A stretch of DNA of 64,000 bases, taken from the NCBI GenBank assembly GCA_964106915.2, contig OZ066915.1. The stretch is one strand, 5' to 3'. Position numbers and translations under genes: made by a program. This stretch comes from Podarcis gaigeae (Eukaryota). This document shows positions 63,154 to 64,000 of the stretch, piece after piece; positions within the stretch are counted from its first letter, which is position 1; the number at the start of each line of letters is the position of its first letter. The notes beneath the pieces are model-generated. The model was not told the DNA's origin and searched no databases. It was given only the letters and a program-made list of their open reading frames with translations.

Positions 63154-64000
63154 CCATCATCATCATCATCATCATTATTACCACTGTATTAAACTTATGG
63201 CTGACATACAAAAATGGTATCACTGATCCTCCCTCTTCTGCCCTTATTAATGTCTACAATACGTTGCCTATCCTGTGAGTAGGGAAACACAGCACTACCG
63301 CATCAGGATAGGAGGTTGTCTGTCAAGTTACTGAGGATAAATGGCATGCACAGTTGCTGCGTTCAACGACACCTATGTGCTTCATGGGTTGTGTCTTCCT
63401 GCCCTGAAGCACAGAGAAAACTACTTTTGTGGTTTCAGAAGAGCCATAGCTCCCAAGAAAAAGTGTTCCTGGAAGGCAGCCACAAACAGTTCCCCAGCAT
63501 TAAGAGTTTAGAGTATATCAGGCCAAAGAGGTTAGTTAGTGAGAGGAGACAGCCACTGTCTGGCACTTGCCACTAATTTACTCCAAGCAGTTAACATCAA
63601 AAACATTGCAACAAAAAAATCAAACTGTACAATAAAACCAAAGCAAGAGTTGAAAAGTAGTGAACCCAACCAGACACACTAATCTCAACAGAAACTCAAA
63701 TACACAATAGAAAACCTATACAGAAGGGCGAGGAGCAACAGAATCCTCTAAGTCCAGCTTAAAGGGACAGGTTTTAGACCAACATTTGAAAACATAGAGC
63801 ATTATGGCTTAGGCTAGGATGGTCCCATGACTGAAAAGGCCTTGCTCCTAGAGGAAATCTGTTCAACCCCATGCATTTTAGACTATATAAACATTATCTT
63901 GGTTGGAATTCATAGTAAGACAGCAAAAAGGAAGACAATGCTAATATAACACTGCATATGAGTGAGATACTTTCTCTAATGTCATTCCCCTGAGAATTTA

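Noticed and set aside
62276-64000. GNAI2 exon 5
   Set aside because: No reverse-strand match to the expected YLNDLERI...RVKTTGIVETHF peptide; it must lie beyond the window end

Overview
Eukaryotic (vertebrate) genomic DNA, most likely a squamate and probably a lacertid lizard (inferred from Sauria-type and Squam3-type SINEs). I read three spliced genes by hand, checking GT-AG boundaries and reading-frame phase. (1) SEMA3F, + strand, 15 coding exons from 1009 to the stop at 33413, 5' exons outside the window, with a probable 3 kb 3'UTR. (2) Complete rod transducin alpha GNAT1, + strand, 8 coding exons 43884-53089 (1053 nt, 350 aa) plus a non-coding 9th exon. (3) The 3' part of GNAI2, - strand, exons 6-8 plus a 3'UTR exon, converging tail-to-tail on GNAT1 with only ~1.4 kb between the poly(A) signals. 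Introns carry SINEs, CR1/L2/Penelope fragments, hAT- and Tc1/pogo-like MITEs and microsatellites. Most ORFs in the supplied track are chance ORFs or partial exon read-throughs. I cannot support a wholly new gene system. The best leads are: a QKI/RBFOX-motif-rich cassette exon of SEMA3F followed by a candidate unannotated 11-nt frameshifting microexon; a GNAT1 with substitutions clustered in the helical domain; a matched (CA)n/(TG)n hairpin in GNAT1 intron 1; and the GNAT1-GNAI2 convergent arrangement without SLC38A3. All comparisons to human proteins are from memory and need an alignment to confirm.
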